A stretch of DNA of 64,000 bases from positions 248,001 to 312,000 of the forward strand of contig NW_026515679.1 in NCBI RefSeq assembly GCF_025526975.1, written 5' to 3'. The stretch comes from Fimicolochytrium jonesii. Lineage: Eukaryota. The translations under genes and the position numbers were made by a program. This document shows, one piece after another, positions 61,712 to 64,000 of this stretch (position 1 is its first letter; each line of letters begins with the position of its first letter). Under the pieces are notes generated by a model that did no database searches, had not been told where the DNA came from, and worked only from the letters and a program-made list of their open reading frames with translations.

Positions 61712-62106
61712 GGGCCTGCACGCGTGAGAGAGAGAGAGCCCGCTGTCATTTGGAGAGGTCGCCCTCGTGACGCTCTTTCACATGCGCCCGCGTTCAAGCA
61801 ACATCATATCCAAGCACCATCCGCAGATTGCGTGTCCGTTCGAGTGGCCGAGGTAGAGGAATCAATCAAGAGTGATCTATCAAAGAAAGCAGACTAAGTA
61901 ATACATATAGGAGTATATACATGGTAGGGAGGGGGATAAAGAATATACGGTCAGGTAGTGTAATGAATGGCACAGATACACAGATACGCCGAAGGTTGGT
62001 CCGACATGAAAAATCGAGCCAAATGTTAATGCTGTAAGGATCCGGCCCCCACATAGCAGCGTCATGAGCACATATTTCACATGTCCACATATATACGCCC
62101 CCATCC

Positions 62107-63981
62107 TTAACCCCGTCTCCTCTCCGGCTCCACATACCCCAGCGGCACATCCTCATCATCCTCACCCTCACCATACCCTTCCTCCTCATACGAGAACCTC
62201 GGGCTGACCAGCCGTTGCTGCGACGACGACATATCGCCCGGTCTACGTTGCGATGCCGTGCGGCGCGTCGAGGGTGCGCGTGTTGCCGGTTGTTGTTGGT
62301 GTTGGTGCTGCTGTTGGAGGGCGCTCATCTGTTCTTGCAGGGCCATGAGGGCGACGGAGGCGAGTGGCGTTTCGTCGTCTTCCGAGGGGCGGGAGGTGCG
62401 GGTTTCGGGTTTGCGTTGGGATTGGGAGGAGAGGGGTTGATTGGTGTCGGTGGGGGCGCGGCGGGTGGAACGGCTTGTTGGGGTGCGCTTGACGTTGGCT
62501 GCAGTCGCTGTAATTGCGCTGGGGCGGTGTGAGCTGCCGCTGCTTCCTGACCGCTGGAGTGGTACCGCCGTCCGCTGCGAGATGGTACGTGCCAGCGGTG
62601 TCGAGTCGCTGTCGTCGTCAGATTTCTGGCGGTGGGACCGATGGCGGGACGAGCGGGTGTTGGTGCGGTTTGCCTGGCGAGATGACGGAGTGCGGTCAGT
62701 CGGGGAGAGCGGGCTTGCGAGTGCGTGAGCAGCGCTGCGGGAGGACCGTGTGCGTTCCAGTGGGGCGGCGGCGGAGGTGTACTGGCTCGCGGACTTGTAC
62801 AGCGCTTCAATGTCGTCTTCGGCGCGGTTCGCAGTGTAGCTTGGAGGTGGCGGGATTAGGTGTGAGCGGTCTGAGGCGAGAGGAGTGGAATCGAGGGGTT
62901 CGCGATCGGACCGACGCACGGACGTACTACGGCGGGGCGATTTCTTTTGCGACATTGTTGATATCTGAGTTCCGGACCTTTGCATGTTTGCGCCATAGTA
63001 TGAGTCCGTGTCAGGGCTCAGGAGACTGTCTGCATGTCTCTGGGAAACAGAGCGCGGCAAGAAACCGTCTCCGGGAGGCGAAGGCGAGAGATCTTCTTCG
63101 ATATTGATAACAGAGTTGATCGGCTCGCTAATCGTCGCAAAACCTCCGCCTAAACCAAGATCCCCACGTCCGTTGGGCGAGAGCGAGAGGCCAGCATGTG
63201 GGTCGCCCCCAGAATCGTCCGACGACGCGGAGATCCTAGGGGGCTCCTCGTCTACACGCGAGTGCGCCTTCCGAAGATTAGAACGACCCGTGGCCCCGGT
63301 CGGCCGACGCTGCACATCAATCGACTGTTTCCGGGTGTATCTCGCATCCGACGACGCCGCATTGACAGGGGGTGTGTGTTGCTGAGTAGTATCCTTTCTG
63401 GACCGCTGAGACACCGACCGCCCCAACTCAGGCGCATCACCCGCGACCAGCGAAATCAGCGGCTCTCCCGGCTTCCGCACGCTCGTCTTTCTCGTCGGCG
63501 TGCTATTCTGCTGATGGCTCTCCTCCAAATCCGCCAAGATGGTGCCGGCGCCAAAAAGACCCGACGGCTCCTGGTCCTTCCCCTGCACGACGGTACTGAA
63601 CCGCTTCTTCCAGTTTTCGCTTTCTTGCAAGCGGCGGTCGCGGACGGTGTTGGCGCCCATGGCTTCGACGTCGCCGCGGTCGCCGTGGGCTCGGCGCCAC
63701 ATCAGGTACCCGAAGGCGATGCAGAGGACGACGATTATGATGGCTATTACTACTACCAGCCAAATGGGGAGGACTCCGAGACCGCCTAGAAAGAGAAGGG
63801 AAGGTGTCAGCGCCACCGAGGGAAAGAATGGACGACTGTATGTGATGCAAACGACAGGTACGCGGCCGCACATACCCAAGTCAACCTTCCCCGAGTCCTC
63901 AGCCAAGACGCTGGGCGCCATAGCTAGCAACAGTGGCAAGCCGCCCATAAGGGACGGCCTCTTCATTAGTGGTGGCGCCAT
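62107..63981 (-). CDS. Hypothetical single-pass membrane protein with a long disordered S/R-rich cytoplasmic tail
   Basis: Signal-like LPLLLAMAPSVLA and TM IWLVVVIAIIIVVLCIAFGYLMW followed by RR. Probable short intron near 63790-63870. Confidence 0.7.
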   Translation of the reverse strand: MAPPLMKRPSLMGGLPLLLAMAPSVLAEDSGKVDLGMCGRVPVVCITYSRPFFPSVALTPSLLFLGGLGVLPIWLVVVIAIIIVVLCIAFGYLMWRRAHGDRGDVEAMGANTVRDRRLQESENWKKRFSTVVQGKDQEPSGLFGAGTILADLEESHQQNSTPTRKTSVRKPGEPLISLVAGDAPELGRSVSQRSRKDTTQQHTPPVNAASSDARYTRKQSIDVQRRPTGATGRSNLRKAHSRVDEEPPRISASSDDSGGDPHAGLSLSPNGRGDLGLGGGFATISEPINSVINIEEDLSPSPPGDGFLPRSVSQRHADSLLSPDTDSYYGANMQRSGTQISTMSQKKSPRRSTSVRRSDREPLDSTPLASDRSHLIPPPPSYTANRAEDDIEALYKSASQYTSAAAPLERTRSSRSAAHALASPLSPTDRTPSSRQANRTNTRSSRHRSHRQKSDDDSDSTPLARTISQRTAVPLQRSGSSGSSHRPSAITATAANVKRTPTSRSTRRAPTDTNQPLSSQSQRKPETRTSRPSEDDETPLASVALMALQEQMSALQQQHQHQQQPATRAPSTRRTASQRRPGDMSSSQQRLVSPRFSYEEEGYGEGEDDEDVPLGYVEPERRRG

Positions 63982-64000
63982 GGTTCCGGGTTATGTGAGA

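Noticed and set aside
61612..61797. Upstream ORF with PELPELPEL as a possible N-terminal extension of the carnitine acyltransferase
   Set aside because: An in-frame TGA lies shortly upstream of ATG 61539, and no splice path linking the two was found.
1..64000. CRISPR arrays, prokaryotic operons, rRNA genes, LTR or DNA transposons, biosynthetic gene cluster
   Set aside because: None seen. The genes are spliced eukaryotic genes of unrelated function, and the rRNA-like matches are only short antisense guides.

Overview
Gene-dense eukaryotic DNA with short GT-AG introns. It is most consistent with an early-diverging, probably flagellated (chytrid-like) fungus, based on a division-2 chitin synthase, a KRE2/KTR mannosyltransferase, a DUF1752-GATA factor and a probable ciliary microtubule-inner protein. 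About 22 protein-coding genes can be supported: KTR mannosyltransferase, USP, CBS protein, GATA factor, App1-type phosphatase, SYCP2/Red1-like axis protein, eIF3k, DDT/WHIM protein, MDR reductase, Hsp20-domain protein, G3BP/Nxt3, TM-SH3 protein, chitin-synthase-like protein, a very large repeat protein, an atypical kinase, HINT3-like protein, F-box protein, carnitine acyltransferase, and several hypotheticals. The main results the ORF track does not show are: (1) a spliced host transcript at ~23.8-25.1 kb carrying three box C/D snoRNAs (an snR13 homologue, a dual guide for the Cm2337 and Um2921 equivalents, and an 18S guide with an unfamiliar target); (2) a SYCP2/Red1-like meiotic axis gene with repeated candidate closure motifs; (3) a chitin synthase lacking QRRRW; (4) a ~1700-aa protein with 11-mer amphipathic repeats and an unrecognised ~48-aa repeat; (5) alternating C-rich/G-rich blocks across coding regions; (6) shared promoter motifs. 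All homology calls come from motif recognition by eye without database searches, rRNA positions are recalled yeast numbering, and exon boundaries are approximate.
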